In this document: piece by piece, positions 19,364 through 28,680 of the stretch
Layout: the number at the start of each line of letters is the position of its first letter
How positions within the stretch are numbered: position 1 is the stretch's first letter
NCBI GenBank assembly: GCA_043750125.1
Contig: JAYVCD010000031.1
Coordinates: forward strand, 1-51,615
Direction of reading: 5' to 3'
Length of the DNA stretch: 51,615 bases
Source of the DNA: Archangiaceae bacterium
Lineage (GTDB): Bacteria; Myxococcota; Myxococcia; Myxococcales; Myxococcaceae
Position numbers and translations under genes: made by a program
The notes under the pieces: model-generated
Databases searched by the model: none
What the model saw: the letters and a program-made list of their open reading frames with translations, nothing else
What the model was told of the DNA's origin: nothing

Positions 19364-20329
19364 TCAGTCCGCCGGGACGTCGAGGTAGAGCAGAATCTGT
19401 CCGGCCTTCGGGTCGCAGAGCCAGACCCCGCCGCGTTCGTCGGCGGTCACGCAGGTCGCGTCGGCGGCGGTCTTCACCACCCTCACCGGGCTGAGCTTTC
19501 CCTGGTCGGAAACGGCGAGCACGGCCAGCTGGGCGTCGTCGCCCCCGGGAACGTAGAGGTGGCGCAGCTTCGGGTTGAAGGCAATCAGGTCGACGCCCCT
19601 GGGAGCGGACGCCTCGCCGACCTTCTTCCCCTCGTGGGCTACGTCCAGCACCACCGCCTTTCCCTCATCGCAGCCGATGAACAACAGCCCCAACGAACCA
19701 TCGAGAGAAATGCCGCGCGAGCCGCCGCAGCCGTTTTTCCAGCGCGCGACTTCCCGGTGCGACTTGAGGTCGAGGGCGACGCTCGCGTCTTTCCAGGTGT
19801 GGGTGTACGCGCGGCCTCGAGTGGCATCGATGACGAGCGCTTCGGGACCGCCGGGAACAGAAATCTTCCCCTTCAGCGTCAGCTTCGGGCCTGGCTCGAG
19901 CGCGAAGAATTCGATCGCCTTGTCCGAAGGCTCGGTCACCCAGACTTCCTTCAGCGACTCGACCCAGCGCACGTAGTCGGGGCCGGCGGCGAGCTTGGCG
20001 GTGGCGACGATCTTCAGCGTCTTCGGGTCCACGATCGCCACTTCGCGGCGGCCCCTGTCCGAGGCGAAAATCCAGCCGGCTCCGGAATCGGCCGAGGTGG
20101 TTCCGTCCCCGTGGCCCCCCTTGGCGGCTTCCGTGCTGAAGCCGGACACCGAGGTCACCGCGCGGGTGACGGGGTCGATCAGGTCCAGCCGCCCGGTGCT
20201 GCCTGCCGGGACCAGAACTTTGCCCAGCGCCGACGAGTACGTCAGGTCATCGAAGCCGACGCGGCCCGAGCTGCCCGGAAGCGAAATCGCAATGGGGGCA
20301 GCGGTGAGAAGCACACAGAGAAGGATCAT
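19364..20329 (-). CDS. YncE/YVTN-like beta-propeller secreted protein
   Basis: MILLCVLLTAAP signal, GFDDL, repeated 'VDPKTLKIVA', 'LAAGPD', 'VPGGPE' blades. Confidence 0.75.
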   Translation of the reverse strand: MILLCVLLTAAPIAISLPGSSGRVGFDDLTYSSALGKVLVPAGSTGRLDLIDPVTRAVTSVSGFSTEAAKGGHGDGTTSADSGAGWIFASDRGRREVAIVDPKTLKIVATAKLAAGPDYVRWVESLKEVWVTEPSDKAIEFFALEPGPKLTLKGKISVPGGPEALVIDATRGRAYTHTWKDASVALDLKSHREVARWKNGCGGSRGISLDGSLGLLFIGCDEGKAVVLDVAHEGKKVGEASAPRGVDLIAFNPKLRHLYVPGGDDAQLAVLAVSDQGKLSPVRVVKTAADATCVTADERGGVWLCDPKAGQILLYLDVPAD

Positions 20330-20781
20330 GGGAATGCCCCTTATCAGCGCTGGCGTCCGGTCCGGTAAGGACCTCTGCCAGTCCATGCGCCGCCCGACCG
20401 ATGTCGACGCGCTGTGCGTCTCGAATACCGACACGCTGAAGGTCGCGGGTATTGGCACTACACCCAGACGGATCCCAGGGACACCGATGACGCCCTGGCG
20501 ATCGCGATCGGCTACAGCACCCCACCCTGGTTCACGCTGGTCCTCAAAGAGATTCGCGCTCGGCTGATGAAGCACGCCGCCTGGCGAGCGCCCGTGATGG
20601 GCGGTTGGGGCGGACCCACCCATCAGACCACGGCTCGCGCGACCCAGCAGCTGAGCGAATTGCTCGCCCGGTTGACGGAAGACATCGGTTCGATTCGACC
20701 CGAGCAGGTGCTCGGCGCGAAGGTGGTGCTCAAAGACGCAGCGTTTCGGCTGTTCTCACCTGGTCCCGATTTTTACATCTA

Positions 20782-20846
20782 TGGCGAAATTAGTCGATTT
20801 AGCCAGTTAGATCGTCACAATATCGCCGCAATGTCTAATTTCACCA
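20782..20846. promoter_or_regulatory. Imperfect 14-bp inverted repeat flanking an AT-rich promoter region and overlapping the antitoxin start
   Basis: TGGCGAAATTAGTC (20782-20795) versus the reverse complement of GTCTAATTTCACCA (20833-20846), 12/14 identical. Confidence 0.55.
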
Positions 20847-21949
20847 CTAATAGAGACTTCCAAGAAGCCTTCTGGGAGACAAAGCTCGAGCTCCCTCCAG
20901 GCCTGAAGCTCCAACGCCAGCACAGTTTCTGGACTGCCCAGCGCCCTGGGCCGGGTGGCAGCAGCATGTTCGAGTTGGTGACACTTCGAGCACCTGCTGC
21001 CGATTCCAAGCTGCTTGTGGCTTACAAAGCGCCGCTCACCGCAAAGGATGTTCCGGGTCTCAAGAAACGGATGGCGGGCCTCCTCGAGGAACGGCGACGG
21101 AGTGTCGATGGGGAAGATCGCCTCTTCCGATTCCCTGTTGTCGCTACCGACAGCGCGCAGCCGGCGGTCCGTGAGGCATGCGAGCGGGAGTGGCTGGGTT
21201 TGATCGATCAAACAGGGACGATCATCATTCATGACGGACCCGTTTATGTGCACGTCGAAGGAAAAGGCCGGACCCAGAGGCGCACGCGCGCGACTCTCTT
21301 TCGAGGCAAAGGTGCCCGGATTCTCCGCTTGCTCCTCGAATTGCCCGGTGTTCCCCATTCGGTCTCCGAGGTGGGCGAGAAAACCGACACCAGCAACGCA
21401 TACGCCTTTGCCGTGCTGACTCGACTCGAGGAGCAGGGCTTCGTTCAGCGGCGCTCGCCTCGGTCCGGTTTCCGACTCATTCGTCCTGTAGATCTTCTGG
21501 AGGCCTGGCTCAACTCGGACCCACGCAACGTCACCCTCACCGAGCCCTTCTATTCACCCTCGACCAGCGCCGGAGAATTGGACCGTTTGGCTCAACGACT
21601 CGGGGAACTGAAAACCAAGTTCGCGCTAACCCTGATGAGCGCCGTTGCGCCTTCCGACGTTGCGACTGGAGGTCTGCCTCATGGTTTGTATCTCGCCGGC
21701 GACGTCCGGCCAGTGGTCGAGCTCCTTGGCTTGAGGAAAACAACGCCGCACAATTTTCTGATCCTGCGTCCCGAGCCCGAAGCGGCGACCGACCGTTTCG
21801 GCGTCTTCCGGAAAGCGCACCGCACAGTTTCGACTCCACAGCTGATCCTCGATCTCGCGACACACGGGGGGCCCCGCGGACCGGAACAGGCAACGACTTT
21901 GCTGCAGAAGTGGAGCGCGACCTTCCCGTCGTTCGAAGCCGATGACTGA
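20831..21949 (+). CDS. Type IV TA antitoxin / transcriptional regulator, AbiEi-like
   Basis: wHTH segment ARILRLLL...SVSEVGEKTDTSNAYAFAVLTRLEEQGFV, then LLEAW, FALT, VSTPQLILDL...GPRGPEQA. ATG 20831 is preferred over GTG 20414 because of the AT-rich promoter-like stretch. Confidence 0.7.
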   Translation: MSNFTTNRDFQEAFWETKLELPPGLKLQRQHSFWTAQRPGPGGSSMFELVTLRAPAADSKLLVAYKAPLTAKDVPGLKKRMAGLLEERRRSVDGEDRLFRFPVVATDSAQPAVREACEREWLGLIDQTGTIIIHDGPVYVHVEGKGRTQRRTRATLFRGKGARILRLLLELPGVPHSVSEVGEKTDTSNAYAFAVLTRLEEQGFVQRRSPRSGFRLIRPVDLLEAWLNSDPRNVTLTEPFYSPSTSAGELDRLAQRLGELKTKFALTLMSAVAPSDVATGGLPHGLYLAGDVRPVVELLGLRKTTPHNFLILRPEPEAATDRFGVFRKAHRTVSTPQLILDLATHGGPRGPEQATTLLQKWSATFPSFEADD

Positions 21950-22772
21950 CCACGAACATTTCCAGGTGGTCCTCTCGGAGCTTGGCAATCTGGTGGTTGC
22001 CTTAAAAGCGCACGGCTTCGTAGACGAGGTGGTTCTGATCGGCGCGCAAGTGGTCGCGCTTGAGCAGGGAACTCGCGCAGAAGAGCTCTTCGAATTGACG
22101 ACTGCGCATGGCACGCGGCTCACCCGCGGATTCTCCTTCGAGCCCGACCTCGTCCTGGATACCGATGACGAGCAAAAGCTGGATGCATATCCAGCTGCGT
22201 TCGCCCAGTGCGGCTTCAAACGGGTTCATCAGGCGGGGCGCCCCGCGACCTGGAGCAAGAGGGTGGCTGATGTCACCGTCGACATCGACCTGTTCTCCAC
22301 GGCAAGTGACGACTCTCGGCCTTCGGGGATGCCTTCGCTGCGAGGGGTGAAGGGGCGGCGTTGCCACGAGTTGAAGCTTCCCGACAACGTTTCGATTCTG
22401 GTTCCAGACGCGATCACTTTTCTATCGATGAAGCTCGAAGCCAAATTGCGGATTCGCCCCGAAAAGACCAAGGACAGCTTCGACATGCTTGCCTATGTCC
22501 TGGCGGTCGGCCCGGAATCTGTCCGAGAGCAGCTGAAAACGAACAAGGGGAATGTCGGGCAAGAGTTGCGGGGCCTCTTTGGTGTCCCGACTGCCGCCGG
22601 CGTCCTCGACGTGGTCAATGCCGGCCTGCCCCACGGAACCGCAGAGGAGCGCGCGCAAGTCGCCCAGTTCAATCCCACAGGGAAACGTCATGAAGAGCTC
22701 TGCCGTCATTGCCATGCTCGCGGTCTGCAGCGCGTGTGGATTCCGTCACCCTCACCGGGCCGTCGAAGCTGA
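21942..22772 (+). CDS. Nucleotidyltransferase-fold (AbiEii-like) toxin; 3' end probably lost near 22668
   Basis: Overlaps the antitoxin stop; VVLIGAQ, SFEPDLVL, VDIDL, FLSMKLEA...R.EKTKDSFD. The last ~34 codons read through the next gene's start in a different frame. Confidence 0.65.
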   Translation: MTDHEHFQVVLSELGNLVVALKAHGFVDEVVLIGAQVVALEQGTRAEELFELTTAHGTRLTRGFSFEPDLVLDTDDEQKLDAYPAAFAQCGFKRVHQAGRPATWSKRVADVTVDIDLFSTASDDSRPSGMPSLRGVKGRRCHELKLPDNVSILVPDAITFLSMKLEAKLRIRPEKTKDSFDMLAYVLAVGPESVREQLKTNKGNVGQELRGLFGVPTAAGVLDVVNAGLPHGTAEERAQVAQFNPTGKRHEELCRHCHARGLQRVWIPSPSPGRRS

Positions 22773-23096
22773 CGCCCAGTTCGCCCCGATCGTCGCTCAA
22801 CCGATCGATTCGCGGCCCATCGCCATTCGGAACGTCCGACTCTTCGATGGGCAACGCGTTTACCTCGCGCAAACAGTGGCGATCGCCAACGGGCGAATCG
22901 CGCAGGTCGGACCCGACGCATTCGGCCGGGCCTGCGCGCAGAGCTGCTGCTGGTGGAAGGAGACCCGACCGAACAGATCGAGCAGACCGTTCAGATTGTG
23001 GCCGTGTTCGAGGGCGGTCAGCAGGTCCATCGGGAAGGGTTGATCGCAGCCACGAAAGCGTCGGCGGTCGCGCGCTGCGCTCAGCCCCCCAGATGA
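22690..23096 (+). pseudogene. Amidohydrolase-family lipoprotein with the whole catalytic barrel deleted
   Basis: N-terminus IAIRNVRLFDG...TVAIANGRIAQVG is joined at about 22920, out of frame, to C-terminus IRPGLRAELLLVEGDP...IVAVFEGGQQV. Confidence 0.75.
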
Positions 23097-23139
23097 ACAG
23101 GCGGCGCCGTGGGACGCGGCGGCTCATTTTCCCAGCCGG

Positions 23140-23292
23140 CCGAGAGAGATTTTTTTTCGCGTCCCGCTGCATCGAGAACTGGATCAGCACATTGAGCCCG
23201 ATGATCGCGTCGATGCCTTCGGGAAGCATCTCGAGCACGACGAAGCGAAGGTCCGTGACCGACGCGCCCCCGACAGCGGCGAGGCGGTTCAT
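23140..23292 (-). pseudogene. C-terminal fragment of a retropepsin-like (clan AA) aspartyl protease
   Basis: VGGASVTDLRFVVLEMLPEGIDAIIGLNVLIQF fits the 'DGILGxNxL' end of the fold; the catalytic DTG region is absent. Confidence 0.55.
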
Positions 23293-23325
23293 GCTGCGCC
23301 TGATAAACCGAAAACCGATTTGCGC

Positions 23326-24444
23326 TCAGCTGCAGAAATGAAGAATCGCGCGCTCGAGCACTTCGGCGCAGCGTTGCAGCTCTTCGACCGGGACGAACTC
23401 TCCGGTCTGGTGGGCGTGCTTGATGTCTCCGGGCCCGAAGACCACCGGCACGCTGCCCAGCTCGACCATCTGCGGACCTTCGGTGCCGAAGGAAACAGTC
23501 TGGGGGGCATTGCCGCTGGCCTCGGCCAGAAAACGAACCAGCTCGTGCTCGGCCGCGGTGGTGAACCCCCGGTCCAGCCGCAGCGGCTTGAGGCTCATCG
23601 TGAAGCCGGGATCTTCTGCGATGCACAGCTCGCGAATCTTCTCGGCCGCCCGCAGCACCTGCTCGACCGGCTGGCCGGGAATCGGCCTCCACTCGAGGGT
23701 GAACTTGCAGCTGCCGGCGATGATGTTCTTCGCCTTCCCGCCACCGATGACCCCCACGTTGACCGTGGTGCTGGGAGGAGAAAAGTGCGCGTCCACTTCG
23801 GTGCGCAGCTCGCCGCGGCTGTACGTCTCGAGTCGGGTGAGGAAGCGCGCGGCGCGGAAGATCGCCGACGCGCCGGTGTCGGGGTACGCGCTGTGCCCTT
23901 CCTTCCCGGTCACTTCGACCTCGGCCAGGCAGTAGCCCTTGTTGGCGCGAACCGGAGTCAACGAGGTCGGCTCTCCGACGATCGCCCGCTTGCTGTGGCC
24001 CAGCTTCGCCTTCACCAGCTGCTTGGCCCCGTAGCAGCCCACCTCTTCGTCGGCGGTGAAGCACAGCAACAACGGCTTGTTCAGCTTTCCTTTCGTCGCC
24101 TCTGCAGCCACCACCGCGCAGGCGACGAACGCCTTGGTGTCGCACGAGCCGCGCCCGTACAGCTTTCCCTCGCGCAACGTGAGCTTCAGCGCCTCGGTCC
24201 ACCCGGGGTCGAACGGAACGCAGTCGGTGTGACCGACCAGCGCGAGCTCAGCCGGGCCTTCGCCGAACGTCGCGAGCAGGTTGGCTTTGTCCACCCCCGC
24301 TTCGTCCTGGTACCGGTGGCGCTGACAGACAAAGCCCAGCGCGGTGAGGCGCGGCTCGAGCACGTCCAACATCGGGGCATTGGGGCGCGAAGACGTAGAG
24401 TCGATCGCGACCAGCCGGGTCAGCAGGGTCTGCAGAGGAGTCAT
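23326..24444 (-). CDS. argE: Acetylornithine deacetylase (M20 family)
   Basis: GHTDCVP, GRGSCDTKAF, ADEEVGC, IVGEPT, GKEGHS, FGTEG, GPGDIKHAHQTGEFV. Confidence 0.88.
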   Translation of the reverse strand: MTPLQTLLTRLVAIDSTSSRPNAPMLDVLEPRLTALGFVCQRHRYQDEAGVDKANLLATFGEGPAELALVGHTDCVPFDPGWTEALKLTLREGKLYGRGSCDTKAFVACAVVAAEATKGKLNKPLLLCFTADEEVGCYGAKQLVKAKLGHSKRAIVGEPTSLTPVRANKGYCLAEVEVTGKEGHSAYPDTGASAIFRAARFLTRLETYSRGELRTEVDAHFSPPSTTVNVGVIGGGKAKNIIAGSCKFTLEWRPIPGQPVEQVLRAAEKIRELCIAEDPGFTMSLKPLRLDRGFTTAAEHELVRFLAEASGNAPQTVSFGTEGPQMVELGSVPVVFGPGDIKHAHQTGEFVPVEELQRCAEVLERAILHFCS

Positions 24445-25811
24445 GAGATGAGCGCGGCGAAGTCGCGGCCGATGGCCTCGGTGAGGGGGTGACGACCGGC
24501 TTCAACGAGAAGTTTTCCACTGACCGCCACTTCGCTGACCGCGCCACTGGCCGCGGCGAAGACCACCGTCGCCAGCAGCGCTTCGATGGGAGCGCCCACC
24601 AAAGCCGGGTGGGACAAATCAACGGTGAAGAAGTCTGCCGGCTGACCTGCCGTCAGAGAGCCGACATCGAGCCCGAGGCTGCGCGCTCCGCCCTCGGTCG
24701 TGCACTGCAACAATCGGTGGGCCAGCCCGGACTGCTCACCCTCTCCGGGGTCCAGCACCGCGCGCCGCCCGCGCAGCAGCCGCAGATGCCCTTCGAGCTG
24801 CCGCGCGTCGTCGAGCAGGTGAATGTCCGCCTGGCTGTCGGTGCCGAGGCAGACGCTGACCCCCGCCCGCAGCAGCGCGTCTGCGGGCACGATGCCATCG
24901 CCCAGGTTTCGTTCGGTCGACGGGCACGCGCAGACGTTGGCCTTCGCGCGGCCCAGCGCTTCAATCTCTTCTTGCCCGAGGTGAATCGCATGCACCGCGG
25001 TCAGCTTTGAATGCAGCAGCCCCACGTCCTCGAGCAGCTCGACCGGGCGCCGTCCGTGCTCGGCCAGACACGCTTTGATTTCGGCAGGCTGTTCGGCGAC
25101 GTGAAGGTGGGTCACCTCTCCCGAATGCTTCGCCATTGCCTCGAGCCAGCTGCGGGGCACCGCTCGAACCGAGTGGGGGGCGAACCCGACGCTCACCGCA
25201 TCATCACCCGCGAGCGTGCGCCGCAGCTGCAGCGTGCGATCGATGAACGTCTCGGCATCGGGATCGCAGAAGCGCCGCTGCAGAGGGTTGGGCGGCACCC
25301 CATACCCGGCCCGGGCGTAGCCGACCCGCAGCAGCACGATTCGCAGCCCGACCTCGCGCGCCGCCCGCACCACCTGGGTGCTCAGCGCGTGGACGAAGGC
25401 GTACGGGGTCCCGTCGGGCTGGTGGTGGAGGTAATGAAACTCGCCCACCGTGGTGATCCCGGCCAGTGCCATCTCGAGGAAGGCCTGTCGCGACGCGGCG
25501 TAGATCCCCTCGGGGCTCAGCGCATTGGCGGTGCGGTACATCAGCTCGCGCCAGCTCCAGAAGTCATCGGCCTCGCGGCCCCGGGCGACGTACTCGGTGC
25601 GCCCGCGCAGCAGTCGCTGAAAGGCGTGGCTGTGCGCATTCACCAGCCCCGGCAACATCAACTTCCCCGGCAGGCGCACCACCCGCGCCCCCTCGGGAAT
25701 CTTCGCCAGCACCCTTCCATCGGCGCCGACCGCCAGCTGCCCACCGCGCGCAAGACGCCCTGCGGCGTAGAGAAACTCGGGCTGAAAAACCGTGGGGCCC
25801 ACGCGCGGCAA
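24441..25811 (-). CDS. hutF: Formimidoylglutamate deiminase
   Basis: PGLVNAHSHAFQR, DFWSWRELMY, GITTVGEFHYLHH, APHSVRAV, HLHVAEQ, CPSTERNLGDG. Confidence 0.92.
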   Translation of the reverse strand: MPRVGPTVFQPEFLYAAGRLARGGQLAVGADGRVLAKIPEGARVVRLPGKLMLPGLVNAHSHAFQRLLRGRTEYVARGREADDFWSWRELMYRTANALSPEGIYAASRQAFLEMALAGITTVGEFHYLHHQPDGTPYAFVHALSTQVVRAAREVGLRIVLLRVGYARAGYGVPPNPLQRRFCDPDAETFIDRTLQLRRTLAGDDAVSVGFAPHSVRAVPRSWLEAMAKHSGEVTHLHVAEQPAEIKACLAEHGRRPVELLEDVGLLHSKLTAVHAIHLGQEEIEALGRAKANVCACPSTERNLGDGIVPADALLRAGVSVCLGTDSQADIHLLDDARQLEGHLRLLRGRRAVLDPGEGEQSGLAHRLLQCTTEGGARSLGLDVGSLTAGQPADFFTVDLSHPALVGAPIEALLATVVFAAASGAVSEVAVSGKLLVEAGRHPLTEAIGRDFAALIS

Positions 25812-25818
25812 GGCCCGT

Positions 25819-27717
25819 TCAGCCCTGCGCGCCCAGCAGCCCCATCATCATCGCCAGCGCGACAATCAACACCACCATCGCCTCGCCGACGATGAACCCG
25901 GACGCCAGCGGGGTGTTGTACGCCTCCTCGTGCTTCGGAGCCGTCTTGTGCCACACCAACTGGATGTACGCGCCGACCACCATCGGCACCACGTACATCG
26001 CGGGAATCAGCATCCCCAGCGCCATCCCGGTGGGGGAAGGCAGGTGGTGCTTGAAGCGGGTCGTCTCGCCGAGGGTAATCAACACCGCCAGCACCGAGGC
26101 GATCAGCAGCGCCCAGCCCGAGTTCTTCGGCAGCTTGTCGATTCCGCCAATCAACAGCTCGGCGAAGCCCGCCCACTTCACGCTGATCGGGCTCGCCAGC
26201 CCCGTGCCCGCGTGCGCCGCATTGGTGATCCCGTAGCGGTCCGGGCCCATTCCGTACATTCCCCGCAGCAGCGGGTAGACGATCGCAATCGCCCCGGCCC
26301 CGATCGGAGTCGCAATCAACTGCATGTACGTCAGCGACCGATTGTTGCTCCCGATGATCTTCCCGGCCTTGTAGTCCTGCATCAGGTGCTCGCCCGCGCC
26401 CGCGACGGTGCCCGACATCCCCGAGGCCACCATGTTGACCCCGATGCTGCCCGGGGAAATCAACGCGAACATCGCCTGCACCATGTTCGCCATCGCAGAG
26501 ATCGGCGCCCAGTTGGTCTCGCCCAGGACCCTGATTCCGACCAGCATCAGCACCACCGAGAAGAGGATCGCCAGCGCGCTTTCCCACGGCGCAACGCCCA
26601 GCGAGATGTACTGCACCACAATCAAGGCGACGCTCAGCACCGCGACCCCGATTCCGACCCAACGCAGCGGAAAATCGGTTCCCGACGCCATCGAGCCTTT
26701 GCGCATCTCGGTGAACGTCTTCGCCACCGCCTTCCACTTCAGCGCCAGCCCGGTGAGGCCTCCGACCACCAGCAGCCCGGTCGCCGGCCACATCACCCAC
26801 ATCAGCACCGGCTTGTACTTCGCTTCGAGCACCCAGCCGTTGTCGACCAGGATGCTCGGCAGGATCACGTAGGCAATCGCAGAACCCAGCGCCATCGAGA
26901 GGGTGATTCGCAGGCCGACCAGCATCCCCGAGCCGATCGACAGCAGGCTCCAGTTCATTCCCACGTTCAGCAGCCCGAACATCTTCGAGCCGGTCGAGTT
27001 CTCGGGGAACGTGAACAAGTTGGCCCACCGCAGCGAGGCCGGAAACGACGCGGGGTTGGCGAGCGCATCCTTCGATAGCCCCGAGCTGACCCGTTCGGCC
27101 ACCTGCGGCATTCCCTGGGTCAACCACGCGACCAACGCCGAGATCGCCGCGCCCCACGTCAGGTAGCTGACCTGCTTTCTGGCCTCGGGGCTTCCCGAAT
27201 CGAGAATCACCAGCGACTCACCGGCCGCGGTGCCGTCGGCGAAGGTCAGGTTCTCTTCATCGATGAAGTGCTTGCGCAGCGGGACCGCGAGCAGCACCCC
27301 CAGGCAGCCGGCGATCGAAATCCAGACGAAGATCTGCAGCGACGACAGGTGCATCTGGAAGCCGAGCTCGGGCTTGGCGTTGAGCAGGTCGAACGCCCCG
27401 AGCACCACGCACATGAAGGACGATTGCGCGGCGGCGGTGCCGGCGGTCTGCACCATGTTGTATTCGAACTTGCCGGTGCGCCGCCGGGTGATCAGCGCGA
27501 TGGTGTTCAGCGCGATGAAGGCGAAGAACGCAGCGACGACCGAGATGGTGGGCCCGAAGCCGAGCTTCATCACCACGTACGGGTAGAGCGAGCCGACCAG
27601 CGCCGCGACGAACAGGCCCACAATCACCGAGCGCACCGTCAGCTCTGAACGCGGCCCTTCGGCCGGAAGTGCAATGGAAGGCGACGGTGTTTCGGCAGCG
27701 GGAATGGGTTCGACCAT
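25819..27717 (-). CDS. OPT-family oligopeptide transporter
   Basis: ELTVRS, NMVQTAGTA, PLRKHFI.EENLTFADGTA, GETNWAPIS, LMQDYKAG, LASGFIVGE; many TM helices. Confidence 0.92.
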   Translation of the reverse strand: MVEPIPAAETPSPSIALPAEGPRSELTVRSVIVGLFVAALVGSLYPYVVMKLGFGPTISVVAAFFAFIALNTIALITRRRTGKFEYNMVQTAGTAAAQSSFMCVVLGAFDLLNAKPELGFQMHLSSLQIFVWISIAGCLGVLLAVPLRKHFIDEENLTFADGTAAGESLVILDSGSPEARKQVSYLTWGAAISALVAWLTQGMPQVAERVSSGLSKDALANPASFPASLRWANLFTFPENSTGSKMFGLLNVGMNWSLLSIGSGMLVGLRITLSMALGSAIAYVILPSILVDNGWVLEAKYKPVLMWVMWPATGLLVVGGLTGLALKWKAVAKTFTEMRKGSMASGTDFPLRWVGIGVAVLSVALIVVQYISLGVAPWESALAILFSVVLMLVGIRVLGETNWAPISAMANMVQAMFALISPGSIGVNMVASGMSGTVAGAGEHLMQDYKAGKIIGSNNRSLTYMQLIATPIGAGAIAIVYPLLRGMYGMGPDRYGITNAAHAGTGLASPISVKWAGFAELLIGGIDKLPKNSGWALLIASVLAVLITLGETTRFKHHLPSPTGMALGMLIPAMYVVPMVVGAYIQLVWHKTAPKHEEAYNTPLASGFIVGEAMVVLIVALAMMMGLLGAQG

Positions 27718-27842
27718 TGAGGCGGCTCCTCGAAAAGGCGGGGACCATACGCTGATCTGCCCTCGCGTAAACGCGCCACTTCTTCGCAGCGGTCCAGTAC
27801 GTTGCCGCCGCCGAACCACCCGTTGAGCCCCCGAGAGTCCCG

Positions 27843-28676
27843 ATGAGAATTGCCGTCGCCACCATCGTCTGCCTCCTCTCCACCGCCGCGCTCGCCCAGG
27901 TCGAATGCAAAAAAGAGCGGGCGTTGACGAGGCTCGAACAGACGTTCTTCGAGCGGGCCAACGGGACGATCAAGGCGTTGCCCGCGGCGCCCCAGGGGTG
28001 GGCCCAGCACCCGGAAGAAGTCACCGCCCCGGCCAAGCTGTGCACCGACGTGGACCCGATGTTCAAGAAGGGCCTCGCGCGCTTGAGCGTCGCGGCCGAG
28101 ACCGAGTATCTCGACCCCACGGACCGCACCGCGGCGATCGACGCCGCAGCGAAGGCCAGCCAGCCCACAGCCGACGAGACGAAGAAGAGCGGCGAGGTGG
28201 CGAAGAAGCTCGCGAAGGCCGACGGAGGATCCGAGCTCGCGCGGTTGCAGGGCGAGAGTCAGAAGCTGATTTTGGCTCAGGCCGATCGCGGAACGCTGCT
28301 GATGCACCAGGCGGGGCTCGATGCCCAGGCGCGAATCCGGATCACCTTCAACCCGGTGAGCGAGAGCAGCACCGGTTGCGGCAATCAGAAGACGGTCACC
28401 GCGATGCACATCGACGGGGTGGGCCACGCCTATTCGGGCAACTGCGACTTCTCGTCCAACTCAGGGGAACCCGAGAGCGGGGTGTTGTTGCTGTTTGGAC
28501 AGTGGACCGAGAAGCTCGAGGGCAGCACGCTCGAAGCGGCGCCGGCCTTTGATTTGAAGAAGGCCCCGCACATCGTCCAGGCGATCTCGGTGTTGATTAC
28601 CGGAGACGGCAAGCGGCCCGAAGAGCTGCTCAAGGGGCTCAACGTCAAGGCGCTCGCCGCGCTGGTCGGGAAGTAG
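27843..28676 (+). CDS. Secreted hypothetical protein
   Basis: Signal peptide ...STAALA; strong GC3 codon bias. Confidence 0.7.
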   Translation: MRIAVATIVCLLSTAALAQVECKKERALTRLEQTFFERANGTIKALPAAPQGWAQHPEEVTAPAKLCTDVDPMFKKGLARLSVAAETEYLDPTDRTAAIDAAAKASQPTADETKKSGEVAKKLAKADGGSELARLQGESQKLILAQADRGTLLMHQAGLDAQARIRITFNPVSESSTGCGNQKTVTAMHIDGVGHAYSGNCDFSSNSGEPESGVLLLFGQWTEKLEGSTLEAAPAFDLKKAPHIVQAISVLITGDGKRPEELLKGLNVKALAALVGK

Positions 28677-28680
28677 GCCT

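Noticed and set aside
20330-23325. Island as an IS, prophage or integrative element
   Set aside because: No transposase, integrase, terminal repeats, att sites or tRNA could be identified.
23292-23328. argE ends Cys-Ser-TGA in frame with the downstream protease fragment; possible Sec read-through
   Set aside because: ArgE is already full length, no SECIS-like hairpin follows, and the downstream sequence is an unrelated remnant.
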